DNA of 64,000 bases from a virus (taxonomy: Duplodnaviria; Caudoviricetes). The notes below the pieces were generated by a model. It saw only the letters and a list, made by a program, of their open reading frames with translations. It did not search any database and was not told the origin of the DNA. Shown here piece after piece: positions 27,182 through 37,355 of this stretch. The stretch is taken from IMG/VR virus record IMGVR_UViG_2558860994_000004, positions 1 to 64,000 of that record; one strand, 5' to 3'. The position numbers and the translations under genes were made by a program. Position 1 is the first letter of the stretch, and each line of letters starts with the position of its first letter.

Positions 27182-27775
27182 TTGGTCTATAAATCTTTAA
27201 TGGACATAAGTATGGAATATGGACTGAGAACCCACAACTATTGTGCGTTTTATGTGGCTGAACCTTTTAACCCTTGCGCGTTAGGGGCATTCGCTACACA
27301 TGATTTCTGTCATTATCAGATGTTAAAAGCATGGAAAGGAAAGGATACCACTTTCCCCTTCAGCGATGCTCATGCTGCAACATATAGTGTGCGAGATAGT
27401 AGTGATTGGGAATCTACGCTCAAGCCTAGACTACGAAACAGACTACGCTTATCTAAAAATATTATCTTATTTTTGAGTGACTTTACTGGTAATTCAAGAG
27501 CTTTAAGAGAAGAGATTGACTATGGAATAAATACTCTAGGTCTACCCGTTATCATAATTTATCCTGAATTTGATAATATTGATAAAATTGTTGATAAGAA
27601 TAATACTTTTAGATTAGCTGTGAAAAACTTATGGGCAAAATTACCAATTCTTAGAGATTCAATGCATAAAGTACCAACATTACATTTACCTATGAAGAAA
27701 GAAACTATTAAAGATGGATTAAGTAATAGAATGTTTATGATTAACTCTAAAGGCTCACCTGCAAAATATATTTAA
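27182..27775 (+). CDS. thsB: Thoeris ThsB-like TIR-domain protein (start could be ATG 27212)
   Basis: NYCAFYVAEPF...DAH..TYSVRDSSDWE.TLKPRLR.RL..SKNIILFLS...SRALREEIDYG...LPVIIIYP; contains the catalytic Glu motif. Confidence 0.8.
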   Translation: MVYKSLMDISMEYGLRTHNYCAFYVAEPFNPCALGAFATHDFCHYQMLKAWKGKDTTFPFSDAHAATYSVRDSSDWESTLKPRLRNRLRLSKNIILFLSDFTGNSRALREEIDYGINTLGLPVIIIYPEFDNIDKIVDKNNTFRLAVKNLWAKLPILRDSMHKVPTLHLPMKKETIKDGLSNRMFMINSKGSPAKYI

Positions 27776-27786
27776 GAAGTTCACTT

Positions 27787-28626
27787 ATGGAAAATAAAGT
27801 TAAATTTTACGATAAAAAATTAATTGACGAGTTTTTGGTAAGAATTAGTACGATAAGTACGATTTTATCCTTGGTGCTTATATTTATTTCAATTCCTGAG
27901 CAAATTAAAATTGCTTTTGGTGGAATATTTATTTTAGTTTTAATATTTATATATCAAAGAAGCTGGAGGGAAGCTAATGCTTTAAAAGATATTACTGTAA
28001 AAATTGATGAAAGTGATGTTAATATTAAAGTTGGTGATCTATTTAAAGAACCTGATTATAAAGTTATAAGTTTTAATGAATATTTTGATACAGTAGTTGA
28101 TGAGGTCTTAGTTAATGAGAGGTCTATTAATGGTATCTTTCTTAAAGAACATATAAGAATATCAATAGATGAATTAGATAATAAAATCAAAAATTATCCA
28201 TTTGAGCAAAACGAAATAATTGGTAGTAATCAAAACCGTCCTTATGGAAAGAAAACTAAATATAAAATCGGAACGATATTTGTTTTTGAGGATTATATTT
28301 TAACCGCTTTTTCAAAGTTTGATGAGCATAATAGAGCTTACCTAACGATGCCTGAATACCTTGAATTTTTAATAAATTTCTGGGATAAGGTTAATAAGGT
28401 ATATGCACAAAAAAGTGTATCAGTACCTATATTTGGTTCTGGTATTACACGAATTAAGGAACATAAAAACATAAGTGATGAGGAATTACTTAAGATTATG
28501 ATCTGGACTTTTAAAATTAGTGAAATGCGCTTTAAGTATCCTGCTAAGTTGTCCATAATTATTCATAATGCAAAAATTAATCAAATTAATTTATTGGAAA
28601 TCAAAAACACTGCAAATAGTCTTTAG
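27787..28626 (+). CDS. thsA: Thoeris type II ThsA-like effector (2 TM plus Macro domain)
   Basis: Two TM helices, then IKVGDLF...VISFNEYFDT.V...SINGIFL...AFSKFD...SVPIFGSGITR. Confidence 0.82.
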   Translation: MENKVKFYDKKLIDEFLVRISTISTILSLVLIFISIPEQIKIAFGGIFILVLIFIYQRSWREANALKDITVKIDESDVNIKVGDLFKEPDYKVISFNEYFDTVVDEVLVNERSINGIFLKEHIRISIDELDNKIKNYPFEQNEIIGSNQNRPYGKKTKYKIGTIFVFEDYILTAFSKFDEHNRAYLTMPEYLEFLINFWDKVNKVYAQKSVSVPIFGSGITRIKEHKNISDEELLKIMIWTFKISEMRFKYPAKLSIIIHNAKINQINLLEIKNTANSL

Positions 28627-28642
28627 ATTTAATTATTACTTA

Positions 28643-28683
28643 TGGAACCTGCCTAAATCCTTGTGTTTGGGTGGTTCTATCAT
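28643..28683 (+). promoter_or_regulatory. GGAAC-box late promoter candidate (tail fibre operon)
   Basis: TGGAACCTGCC-...-TATCAT, 29-nt spacer. Confidence 0.7.
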
Positions 28684-28709
28684 TGCCATAGTGAATAAAT
28701 GGGTGAGCT

Positions 28710-30041
28710 ATGGCAATTCTTCAATTCTACTTAACCGATGTTGGCCGTAATGCTGGAATTGATGCAGAAAATCTTGACCTGCATGTATCATTGAGCCATA
28801 TCGCGGTCGGTTCAGCTAAATACAATGGGGCAACCGCTGCCAATACAAAAACCGCCCTGACCAACGAATTGGCCCGTTATCCCTTAAATGGTGGTGGCGT
28901 TGATGCCACATCCCATACCTTACGTTTTGTTGTCAATATTGAAGCAACGATTACTGCCGATATCTTTGAGGTGGGTTTATATACCAATACTGGTGTGTTG
29001 TTTGCGGTTGCTGCTGTAACCGGCAATAGTCCATTGATTCAGCTGGTCACTAATATCGTGACCATCGTCACCATCGGCCTGACATTTGTAGATGTGGATT
29101 TTAGCAACATCCAGATCATGATTGACCCGAATACCCCTGTTGCTATTGCTCTGATGAATCAGCATCTGGCCCATCAAAACCCTCATCCCCAGTATGCCAA
29201 AAAGCTGGATTTTGATAATCATGTTGCTCAAAACGCATTTGAGCATAACAACCTTACCGCATTGATCGCAGCAGAGGCACAAGCGCGTGCTAATGCTGAT
29301 GCAGCTGAAGCCCAGGCGCGTGGCAATGCGGATAATGCATTAGAAGATGATATTTATGCATTATCAGTATCGACGGAAAATGCACTTGAGCAAGAACGAC
29401 AAATTCGCGCGACTGCAATTCAAAATGAAATCAATGAGCGTGCAGCGGCAGTTTGGGAAGCAATTCGGCAGCAAAGTGTTTTTATCGCAAAATATCTGAA
29501 CAATACTGAGCCGTATCTGACAAGTGAAGGTTCAGCATCAGGTACTTTTAACCATAATGTGATTGGCTATGAACTCTCTCTCGGAAGCTGTTTAAATAAC
29601 CCCTATATCAATGTGGTTAACCCTTCACCCAACTACAATGTTGGGGGTATCACATTTGGCAATAACAATAATAAAACCGGCTTTATGCTCAAGCTCAGTG
29701 GGTTCATTCAGTTTGGGTGCTTTGCAGAACAAGGTGATACCAGCTGGTCGGGATTAAGTGTTGCATTAAGTTTCTATGATGAACACAACAATCTTCTTGC
29801 TGAAGTACCTTTAAATCTGGCTCAAGTCGCAGGCGGCTGGCCAAATAACTCTAATGTTGGCCACACGACATACCGCTTCGACAATGGATATGACCTTTAT
29901 TCATTATTTAAGCCAAACGGTTTTACACCGAATGATTTAAGACTTGCCTTAAGAGTTGCGGTATCTGTTAATTCGGATGGTGGTAGCCCGGCGCGTTCCA
30001 TTTTAACCGTTGAAAAATTTGCGGTACGGTGCGTGCAATGA
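28710..30041 (+). CDS. Tail fibre protein (baseplate-attachment N-terminus, coiled coil, variable tip)
   Basis: LTDVGRNA...SHIAVG...TALTNELAR...EVGLYT..GVLFAVA; HLAHQNPHPQY; AEAQAR repeats. Confidence 0.8.
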   Translation: MAILQFYLTDVGRNAGIDAENLDLHVSLSHIAVGSAKYNGATAANTKTALTNELARYPLNGGGVDATSHTLRFVVNIEATITADIFEVGLYTNTGVLFAVAAVTGNSPLIQLVTNIVTIVTIGLTFVDVDFSNIQIMIDPNTPVAIALMNQHLAHQNPHPQYAKKLDFDNHVAQNAFEHNNLTALIAAEAQARANADAAEAQARGNADNALEDDIYALSVSTENALEQERQIRATAIQNEINERAAAVWEAIRQQSVFIAKYLNNTEPYLTSEGSASGTFNHNVIGYELSLGSCLNNPYINVVNPSPNYNVGGITFGNNNNKTGFMLKLSGFIQFGCFAEQGDTSWSGLSVALSFYDEHNNLLAEVPLNLAQVAGGWPNNSNVGHTTYRFDNGYDLYSLFKPNGFTPNDLRLALRVAVSVNSDGGSPARSILTVEKFAVRCVQ

Positions 30042-30313
30042 TCAATGATTATTTAAATGCCGTACGCAACCGCATTGAGCAGCTTAAGCGGCAGGGGGAT
30101 GCCAGTAAGCTCATTGTCTGGGATGTGCAGCCCGATGAGTCTATCCAGCCCGGATTGCTCAGTTATCGGGTATATGGCACGGAAGAGCATACCAATGTGG
30201 TTAATGTGGCTTGTGGTGTGTCGGGTGTATGGGAAGTACTACCACAACAGCGAATCGCCTTACTGCAACCTGCTGAATTAATGGCACTGCGCCGTGAATA
30301 TCTGGAGGAATAA
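30038..30313 (+). CDS. Small baseplate/tail protein (gpX-like)
   Basis: PGLLSYRVYGTEEH..VV.VACG resembles a LysM/gpX-like pattern. Confidence 0.55.
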   Translation: MINDYLNAVRNRIEQLKRQGDASKLIVWDVQPDESIQPGLLSYRVYGTEEHTNVVNVACGVSGVWEVLPQQRIALLQPAELMALRREYLEE

Positions 30314-30315
30314 CA

Positions 30316-31431
30316 GTGGCTAGTCCAGATGACATCAGGCGCGCGCAAAAGCAGCTTTTAGAGTCCATCAAACGTGGTGCACGCCGTGATGTACGCTCAC
30401 GCCGGGGTGCTGATACGCGCCAGCGGGCACAGGCAGAAAAAGAAGTCGAATATGACGACAGTGGTCGCAAGATTCCAAAGCCCATGTTTTTGCGTCCGGC
30501 AGATATTGCACAGGGCGAAAATTACGATGTAGAGCGGGTCTTATACACCACTTTAGGGCAAGGCAAGGGCGAGGCGCCGCGCCGCATTACCCGTGATGAC
30601 ATCTTGGCATTTCAGGAAAATATCCTGCTGCTGAAAGACCAGTACAGCAAAGGGATTACCCCGCAAAGTGTTATCAATCTGAGTCGTCAGGAAGATATAG
30701 ACCGGGCTAATGAAGAAATTCACACGGTTGTCCCTGTTAGCCGCGAGTCAGGTTTAATTCATTTTGTCACCAATGCCGGGCCACACAGTAAAGTCGTTAA
30801 TCACCATGTGGAAGTGGAGTTTTCTAACTTCAAATCTGTGGTTTTTAACATTCATAAAGAAGCGGTGAGTACCGTTAAAAACCGATTGGCGTATGGGAAT
30901 TTAAAGTTTGAATGTGATTGTGGTCGGCATACCTTCTGGTATCGCTATATGGCAACTATTGGCGGTTATGGCCTAGGTCGGCAAGAGGGCGGCTTTCCCA
31001 AAGTCCGTAACCCGCATTTGTCGGGTGTGGCCTGCAAGCACGTCCTGCGCGTGATGCAATGGATTATCTCACCTTTTGGCATCCAGTATCTTAAAAAACA
31101 GGTAGAGGCAGACCGGACAAAGCAGCTGGGTGCCCGTACCAAGCCAACGACAAAACAAACCAAGGAAATACTGGAACAGCAGGCCAATGGCGCCAAGCCC
31201 ATCAAGGCCAATTTGCAGCATGCCGAGCGCGAAATGATGCGCCGTGCTGAGAAAGTGGCCAAGCAAATGTATGCCAAACAGCTCAAGGAATTACGTGCAT
31301 TAACCAAGGAATTTAACACCATGGCTGAACGCCAGGTCATGCAAAGTGCTGCCCGGCGTTTAGATCAATTGTTATCTGATGGCGTCATTAGCCAGCAGCA
31401 ATATGAAATTTTTAAACGAGGGACCCAATAA
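30316..31431 (+). CDS. Late protein with SWIM-like zinc motif
   Basis: FECDCGRHTFWYRY...RNP...ACKHV; GTG start. Confidence 0.65.
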   Translation: MASPDDIRRAQKQLLESIKRGARRDVRSRRGADTRQRAQAEKEVEYDDSGRKIPKPMFLRPADIAQGENYDVERVLYTTLGQGKGEAPRRITRDDILAFQENILLLKDQYSKGITPQSVINLSRQEDIDRANEEIHTVVPVSRESGLIHFVTNAGPHSKVVNHHVEVEFSNFKSVVFNIHKEAVSTVKNRLAYGNLKFECDCGRHTFWYRYMATIGGYGLGRQEGGFPKVRNPHLSGVACKHVLRVMQWIISPFGIQYLKKQVEADRTKQLGARTKPTTKQTKEILEQQANGAKPIKANLQHAEREMMRRAEKVAKQMYAKQLKELRALTKEFNTMAERQVMQSAARRLDQLLSDGVISQQQYEIFKRGTQ

Positions 31432-32318
31432 TGCTTAATTCAGCAGTCAACCGGGTTGCCAATGGCCGTCGCATGGCCGCGCGCCGTGTGGTGATGACCG
31501 CGGTTTCTGGTATTCCGGCACAGGTCTGGCGTAAGCGCGTGGTTTACAACAACACGGCCAATCAGGATGTGCCAGCGGATCCACTGTCATTTGAAGCCAA
31601 TGCTGTATCGGTGTCTGATGAGCCGAACTATGCCTACGATCATTTGGGCTTTGCCTATGTGCTGGCAGACCGGTTTAACGGTGGGGCCATCCATAAAAAC
31701 AAAAGCATGGTCAATCCATCGGACTTAACTATTTTTGCGCAAATTGAACTGTATGACGAAAATTTGCCAAGCAAGAGTGAGCAAATCAAGCAAATACCCA
31801 CGTCACTAACTTTGAATGAAGGTGATTTGCTGGGCTTGATGATTTATGCCGGGTTTATGGTCTGGTTTGAGATTGTCGGTATGACAGGCCAGACGTTAAT
31901 GGCTGATTTTGGCACAAAGTACGTGCTAAACCGCCGTGATGAACTGGGCATGCCGCCGGTCAATGGTGAAGTAGTAGAGCGTGCTGTTATCAGCTGTGGC
32001 GAGTTGATTCAACTGGAACGTGGCGAAATATTGGCGCTGTCCGTGCAGTTTAATAATGAAGCGGACAATGAGCCTATCGCTATTACTTCTGACATGCTGA
32101 TCACTGCAACAGTAAGCACGGCCAATAAACAGCTTATTGCGACGTTGCAGGCCACACCAGATAGCGACCAGGTAAACAGCAAGGGCGAGGTGCTATTAGA
32201 GAGCCTGACAACAACGCAGGATTGGCCGCTGGGCAATGTTCAGCTTGATATTGTCTTAAAACAGAGTGATGTGGTTCTGGGTGAGCAGGTCATGTTTTTT
32301 AAGGTAGTGGATGAATGA
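31431..32318 (+). CDS. Putative virion structural protein
   Basis: Coupled ORF in the late operon. Confidence 0.6.
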   Translation: MLNSAVNRVANGRRMAARRVVMTAVSGIPAQVWRKRVVYNNTANQDVPADPLSFEANAVSVSDEPNYAYDHLGFAYVLADRFNGGAIHKNKSMVNPSDLTIFAQIELYDENLPSKSEQIKQIPTSLTLNEGDLLGLMIYAGFMVWFEIVGMTGQTLMADFGTKYVLNRRDELGMPPVNGEVVERAVISCGELIQLERGEILALSVQFNNEADNEPIAITSDMLITATVSTANKQLIATLQATPDSDQVNSKGEVLLESLTTTQDWPLGNVQLDIVLKQSDVVLGEQVMFFKVVDE

Positions 32319-32524
32319 CAGTTAAAGCAACGATCAACCTGACGCCACCACCACGCTGGGGCAAGATTAAAGGCATTCTGACAGATCAACCGGATTTAAA
32401 AGCTGCCCTTGATGCAATTCATACTGAGATTGATGAGCAGCGTGACGAGCTGACAGTTTTAAATAACGCGCTCAATGATTCAACGGATTTTGTTGGCCTG
32501 ATTAATGCCACCATGGAGATTTAA
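32315..32524 (+). CDS. Small tail-fibre-associated protein
   Basis: PRWGKIKGILTDQPDLKAALD fibre-type motif. Confidence 0.55.
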   Translation: MTVKATINLTPPPRWGKIKGILTDQPDLKAALDAIHTEIDEQRDELTVLNNALNDSTDFVGLINATMEI

Positions 32525-32527
32525 TAA

Positions 32528-33025
32528 ATGGCTACTTTACCGGAACTAACCGCAGCAGGGATGGTACGCCTTGTTCAGTTACTTAAAGGTGTACGGGATG
32601 ATTTAAAAGGCAAGATGGGCGACCCCGTAAACCTGAACACCAGCACTAAGGCAAACTTGGTTGCTGCGATTAATGAGGTCCATGCTGGACTAACAGGTTT
32701 ATCGCAAATTGATGATAATGCTTCGTCCAGTAGTAAGACTTATTCCAGTGATAAGATTCTGGCGTTATTGAATCAAACCAAAGCCGATATTATCAATGGG
32801 GCAAATCCTGAAAGTGATACCTTAAAAGAATTACAGGATGCCATTTTAGCAGTAGCACAGGCCGATGCAGGACTGGTTAGTGCAATGGCTGCACAGAGTT
32901 TTACAGCCGCCCAGCAAGCGCAGGCTCGTACAAATATTGGTGCTGCATCAGCTGCGGATATAGGTGATATCACTGGCGTAGATTTTGTGGCCACGATTAA
33001 TACGGCATTTGCCAGTGGTGCCTAA
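32528..33025 (+). CDS. Fibre-associated protein
   Basis: KANLVAAINEV, KTYSSDKI, DTLKEL and QQAQARTNIGA fibre shaft motifs. Confidence 0.65.
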   Translation: MATLPELTAAGMVRLVQLLKGVRDDLKGKMGDPVNLNTSTKANLVAAINEVHAGLTGLSQIDDNASSSSKTYSSDKILALLNQTKADIINGANPESDTLKELQDAILAVAQADAGLVSAMAAQSFTAAQQAQARTNIGAASAADIGDITGVDFVATINTAFASGA

Positions 33026-33027
33026 TC

Positions 33028-33591
33028 ATGAACCTTATCCAGTTAGTTCAGGCAGGGTTTACCAGGGCTGGGGAAATCTCAAAAAGCCTGCAACAAGCTA
33101 TTGCGCTTAAGCAAGACAAACTGCCTACCAATGGTGCGGCAGGACAGTTTTTAGCAAATGATTTGACTTGGAAAACACCTGCCAGTGGTGGCAGTTCCAA
33201 TATTACTTGGGAAACTATTGCTGTAATGACGGGTTGGACTTCTGGTTTCAAAACAGATAACACATGGCCTTTACAATTAGGGAAAGATACTTCAGGACGA
33301 ATCTATATTCGGGGTGCTTTAAGAAACACGAGTGGTAACGGTAACACAAACCCATTTCTGACTATTCCTACAGCCTATAAACTTAAAGGACTAGAGAATC
33401 TTAATGGGACTTATCCTTTATCCTGTTTAGTTTATAGTGATAATTTTGGCAACTTTTCAACATCAGCCGCACCTTATATTAAATACGTAATGTCTAGTGG
33501 CGTTGCAACCTTAGTAGGTAGTACTAGCGCTACCAATAATTACGGCTATGTATTCCCTGAGCAATGCTTGGGTTTTGCAGCTAATCCCTAG
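33028..33591 (+). CDS. Fibre tip / receptor-binding-like protein
   Basis: ALKQDKL, WETIAVMTGW, GRIYIRG beta-rich motifs. Confidence 0.6.
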   Translation: MNLIQLVQAGFTRAGEISKSLQQAIALKQDKLPTNGAAGQFLANDLTWKTPASGGSSNITWETIAVMTGWTSGFKTDNTWPLQLGKDTSGRIYIRGALRNTSGNGNTNPFLTIPTAYKLKGLENLNGTYPLSCLVYSDNFGNFSTSAAPYIKYVMSSGVATLVGSTSATNNYGYVFPEQCLGFAANP

Positions 33592-33600
33592 GAGTAATAC

Positions 33601-34050
33601 ATGGATTTTCAAAATAAGTTTTGTGATGAGTTGCTAACCAAAATTGCTGACGCAGGTTACAAGATAGACCCAAGTGGAATTGATACTCTTATTTATGACG
33701 AAGTCGCAGTGCAGGCCATCATTGATAACTTTGAAATGCCAATGCCTGACTTAGAACCACGTCAATTTAAACTAATGGTTGCTGGGGTTGGGCTTGTCCC
33801 CCTCATTAAAGCCGCCTTGGACATCATTGCTTTGGCTACTACAGATGAAGGTAGAGAGATGTTTAAGTCTGCTTATTCCCAATATGAAGGGGGAACAGTT
33901 TATTTTTGGGACAAATCTTTATTTGAATGGCGACGTTTATCCCCAATGTTTGAAATTCTGTATACAGATGTTTATGGGGATAATGCTCCACCTTTTACCT
34001 TAAACGAAGATGATTTGAGGGAAGCATGGATAGCAGCAAGCACACTTTAA
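33601..34050 (+). CDS. Putative fibre assembly protein
   Basis: Follows the fibre genes; LEPRQFKLM...AW C-terminal pattern. Confidence 0.5.
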   Translation: MDFQNKFCDELLTKIADAGYKIDPSGIDTLIYDEVAVQAIIDNFEMPMPDLEPRQFKLMVAGVGLVPLIKAALDIIALATTDEGREMFKSAYSQYEGGTVYFWDKSLFEWRRLSPMFEILYTDVYGDNAPPFTLNEDDLREAWIAASTL

Positions 34051-34397
34051 GACCTAGCTATAAAGATGCAACACCGGAACAGCTTGCCAAAATCTGCAAT
34101 GGTGTCGGGCCATCATGGGCACCCGCACCGATACGCAAAGCCATGACTATGCTGTCAGACTGGTTTTTTAATTCTGCCAGCTGGCAACACCATGACTTTG
34201 GCTACTACATTGGGTGCACCGAAGAAGAACGGGCAGAGTATGACCGTAAATTCTTTGAGGCCATGCTCATTGATTGCCGCCAATTACCCTGGCATAAAAA
34301 AGCCAATGGCTACAGCCTCTCATGCTGTTTTTATGCCAGTGTCCGGGTATTTGGCCGTGCCAGTTTTTACTATGGCCAAGACTATCAGCCGCTATAA
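34026..34397 (+). CDS. DUF1353-like / PLA2-fold phage protein
   Basis: CNGVGP...SWQHHDFGY...RAEYDRKF...YASVRVFG. Confidence 0.6.
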   Translation: MDSSKHTLRPSYKDATPEQLAKICNGVGPSWAPAPIRKAMTMLSDWFFNSASWQHHDFGYYIGCTEEERAEYDRKFFEAMLIDCRQLPWHKKANGYSLSCCFYASVRVFGRASFYYGQDYQPL

Positions 34398-34456
34398 TCA
34401 ACTCACCAGATGAGCTGAATAATCCATTTATTCGACTCATTACTTATTCTGATCGC

Positions 34457-34497
34457 TGGAACCTGCTGCCTGAGCATGTCTGCTGTAACTGCATAAT
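34457..34497 (+). promoter_or_regulatory. GGAAC-box late promoter candidate
   Basis: TGGAACCTGCT-...-CATAAT, 29-nt spacer. Confidence 0.65.
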
Positions 34498-34525
34498 AAC
34501 CATACTTAATACAGGTAGAACAGTA

Positions 34526-34828
34526 ATGGCTTTTTTAATTTTTAATACAACCGGTAAAAATATAGGCGATAAAGCAGTCGCAACTGAATGCACGTCTGCT
34601 ATTTTTAATTACCAGGTGATTGGCGCCGGGGCAGTGGTTGAGTTTTCCGGCAGTAATAAACCGGATGCCGATATCGACAATGATGCACACTGGGAACCGA
34701 TTGTCACGGTTACAGCTGGGGTTCCTGATGATGTGCCATACCGTCAACATACCTGGGATAATATTCGTTATGTGGTCACTGCAGGGAATAACGTGGAAAT
34801 TTATGTGTCCAGCGGTGTGAGTGGCTAA
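34526..34828 (+). CDS. Small beta-rich virion protein
   Basis: ATG 34526 after the GGAAC box is preferred over the track start at 34322. Confidence 0.6.
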   Translation: MAFLIFNTTGKNIGDKAVATECTSAIFNYQVIGAGAVVEFSGSNKPDADIDNDAHWEPIVTVTAGVPDDVPYRQHTWDNIRYVVTAGNNVEIYVSSGVSG

Positions 34829-34843
34829 TTAAACCAGGTGAAC

Positions 34844-34869
34844 AAAAGGCGCATAACAGCGCCTTTTTT
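34844..34869. terminator. Intrinsic terminator
   Basis: AAAAGGCGC-ATAACA-GCGCCTTTTTT. Confidence 0.8.
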
Positions 34870-34883
34870 ATGCCTGATGCAAT

Positions 34884-34924
34884 TGGAACCAGCCTCATTT
34901 AGCGTTTTTTGGCTATGTCATTCT
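34884..34924 (+). promoter_or_regulatory. GGAAC-box late promoter candidate (major capsid)
   Basis: TGGAACCAGCC-...-CATTCT, 29-nt spacer. Confidence 0.7.
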
Positions 34925-34969
34925 GCATTCATTGAGTTAAAGCCAACATCGGCAAAAGGTGAATGTAAA

Positions 34970-36742
34970 ATGACCGTTTTAAGTGCAGAAATCGAAAAGG
35001 CGTATAAAGAGCAGCAGGATCAAATTGCTCAGTGCGCGAATTATTACTATGGTGGCTTTAATGCAACTGAAATTGCTCAGTTTGACAGTATTGCCATTGC
35101 CCCTGAATCACGTCCAGACCTGGTAAAAAGCCTGTTTGATTCGATTGGTGAAGAAGGTCAGGCTAATATTGATAATGCAGTGCGCTGGGGTGTTGAACAA
35201 TATCAAGCGCGTAATGGCGGCCAATTGCCTCATCCGTCAGTCATTGCCAGTGCGTTAGGTGCAGGCCTGCAAGCAAGCACAATTAACCCTGAAAACTTAA
35301 GCAAAGCGATTGCTGGTTTCGATAGTATCAGTAACCTGCAATATGAGCAGGCCAGTATCGTGCCAGCATTGACCGTAGCGACCATTGCAAACGTCATTGC
35401 CTATGCATTGCCTATTTTTGCGCTGATTCCCAACAATAATCAGTCAGTTAAAGTGCCATTGGTGGCCATGCGCTTTATTACTGATACGGCGTTTGGTGCA
35501 ATGGGTGCAGGTGAATATCTGGACGGCGAAAATGCCGCAAAACCCTATGCTGAAGGCCGCTTCCGCTTTGCAATGGCTAAAGGCGCTGGTAATACTTACA
35601 GCGTAGTTGCCCATACCTGCTATGACGACTTTAAAGCCAAAACTCCAGACACCGCTACGCCGTTGCTGCCATTCTGGTCAGGTCTGGTATCTGTAAAAAT
35701 CAATGGCATGGAAGTAGGTCATACCCGTGATGACCGCCTGCTGTCTGTTGATAAAGGCCAGATTAGCCTGATTCCAAACCAGAAGGGCGTAAAAGTTGGT
35801 AACACAGTTTACAAACTCACTGGCAGCACTATCAATCTGGATACCAGCTCTATTAGTGTGACACTTGATGGGGCACTGCCTGCTGGTGCTTCTATCGAAG
35901 TGGCCTTGGTTGCCAATTTTGAAGCCCGTGACGCTAACAAGAAATTCAAGCTCAATCCGGTTGGTGTGAGCGTTGAAGCGGAATATGACTCACTGGTGGC
36001 TGCGCCATTTGCCATGCGTGTTAATGCGTCATACAGCACACAAAGCCAGCTGGCCAATGAATTAAACCTGGGCTTTGTGGGTGCTGCATTATCAATTATG
36101 CAAGGTAAGTTCTTTTTGGAACAAACCATTCGATTGCTCAAAGAAGTGAAAGAACGCGCTGTTTTAAATGGTCGTGGCTACTTTGATATGTCGCGTGGTG
36201 TAACTGGTAATTTGTCTGCCGTTGCCAATACCACCGGTGATTTGTTTGCCGAAGTGCTCAAAGTCATTAAGAAAGGTAAGCGTCGTATCCGCCGTGCTTC
36301 AGGTGGCGCAACTACCAGCTTTGACCTGTACGTGGGCGACAACGGTGAAATCTTCTTCACTACGCTGTCTGCTGATAAGTTCACACCGACTGGTGTCAGC
36401 TCAACGTATGGCGAAATTGTGCGTATCGGTACGCTGGCTGATGGCACCGATGTTTATCACACGCCTAATGCGCAGGGTGTTATTGAAGAGTCTGACGACA
36501 ATAAGACCTTTGAAATGCTGCTGATTGGTAAAGGGAATGAGCCAGTGCGCAACCCATTGGTTGGTCATATCCCTAACCCGCCTGTGGTACGTGAAGCGTT
36601 TGCCGATACCCGTGAGTTGGTGATGGATATTCACGGCAAAATGGCTGCGGAATTGAACCCGCTGGAACGCTACGCTGACCAGTGTGCGGTGCTACAAGTG
36701 GTTAATGCACCAGCCATTCCATTTGACCCACCAGCCAAGTAA
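34970..36742 (+). CDS. Major capsid protein (P1 gp23-like), 590 aa
   Basis: Size, own promoter, strong downstream terminator and P1-like sequence character; ATG 34970 follows an AAAGGTG RBS. Confidence 0.75.
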   Translation: MTVLSAEIEKAYKEQQDQIAQCANYYYGGFNATEIAQFDSIAIAPESRPDLVKSLFDSIGEEGQANIDNAVRWGVEQYQARNGGQLPHPSVIASALGAGLQASTINPENLSKAIAGFDSISNLQYEQASIVPALTVATIANVIAYALPIFALIPNNNQSVKVPLVAMRFITDTAFGAMGAGEYLDGENAAKPYAEGRFRFAMAKGAGNTYSVVAHTCYDDFKAKTPDTATPLLPFWSGLVSVKINGMEVGHTRDDRLLSVDKGQISLIPNQKGVKVGNTVYKLTGSTINLDTSSISVTLDGALPAGASIEVALVANFEARDANKKFKLNPVGVSVEAEYDSLVAAPFAMRVNASYSTQSQLANELNLGFVGAALSIMQGKFFLEQTIRLLKEVKERAVLNGRGYFDMSRGVTGNLSAVANTTGDLFAEVLKVIKKGKRRIRRASGGATTSFDLYVGDNGEIFFTTLSADKFTPTGVSSTYGEIVRIGTLADGTDVYHTPNAQGVIEESDDNKTFEMLLIGKGNEPVRNPLVGHIPNPPVVREAFADTRELVMDIHGKMAAELNPLERYADQCAVLQVVNAPAIPFDPPAK

Positions 36743-36750
36743 GGGCAGTT

Positions 36751-36778
36751 AAAAAGGCGCGTTGATCGCGCCTTTTTT
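36751..36778. terminator. Intrinsic terminator after the capsid gene
   Basis: AAAAAGGCGCG-TTGAT-CGCGCCTTTTTT. Confidence 0.85.
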
Positions 36779-36812
36779 CCCATTCAATATTCATAAAGTC
36801 AATGAGGGTATC

Positions 36813-37355
36813 ATGACAACTGAACCAAAAACTAAGCGGCAGCCCCGCACCAAAACAGCTGCGTCAACAGCTGAACAACAGTCAGCACCATCAACCCCTG
36901 ATACTGAGCAGGATAAGGTAAATCAAACGCCAGCACAGCCCAATGCCAATCCTGAGCAGCCAGCGGCAATACAGAACCAGTCAGAAGGCGCTGACAATGG
37001 CCAACAGGACAAAGCACCAGCTGATGATCCATTAACAGATGCTGAAATACAGCCAGCTGATAACAAAGGCGACGACGCATCAGCCGCTGATAAAGAGCAA
37101 GCAAGCCCGGCACCTGCGCCAGTAACTGAACCAGTTGCAGTAGCACCTGTAAAGCCAGTACATGCCTTTGAGGTGACGAATAACAGTGACCAGCGTGTAT
37201 TTGAGCCTGTCACCCGTACCACCATTGCACCTGTTGAAACCAAAACCATTGAATGTATCAATGCCAGCTTTAAACAGCGTGCCTTAAGCAATTTAAAGCA
37301 GTTTCAAGCCTTAGGCCGTAATTTGGAGATTAAAGAAGATGCCAGCAGTACCTGA
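36813..37355 (+). CDS. Low-complexity (P/A/Q/T) protein with a folded C-terminal domain
   Basis: ATG 36813 after GAGG; its C-terminal domain resembles the N-terminus of the next ORF. Confidence 0.7.
   Translation: MTTEPKTKRQPRTKTAASTAEQQSAPSTPDTEQDKVNQTPAQPNANPEQPAAIQNQSEGADNGQQDKAPADDPLTDAEIQPADNKGDDASAADKEQASPAPAPVTEPVAVAPVKPVHAFEVTNNSDQRVFEPVTRTTIAPVETKTIECINASFKQRALSNLKQFQALGRNLEIKEDASST

Noticed and set aside
28710-34397. P1-like invertible C segment at the tail fibres
   Set aside because: No serine invertase, no inverted fibre cassette and no cix-like inverted repeats seen.
34838-34969. Extended capsid N-terminus proposed by the ORF track
   Set aside because: It overlaps a terminator and the GGAAC promoter; ATG 34970 has an RBS.
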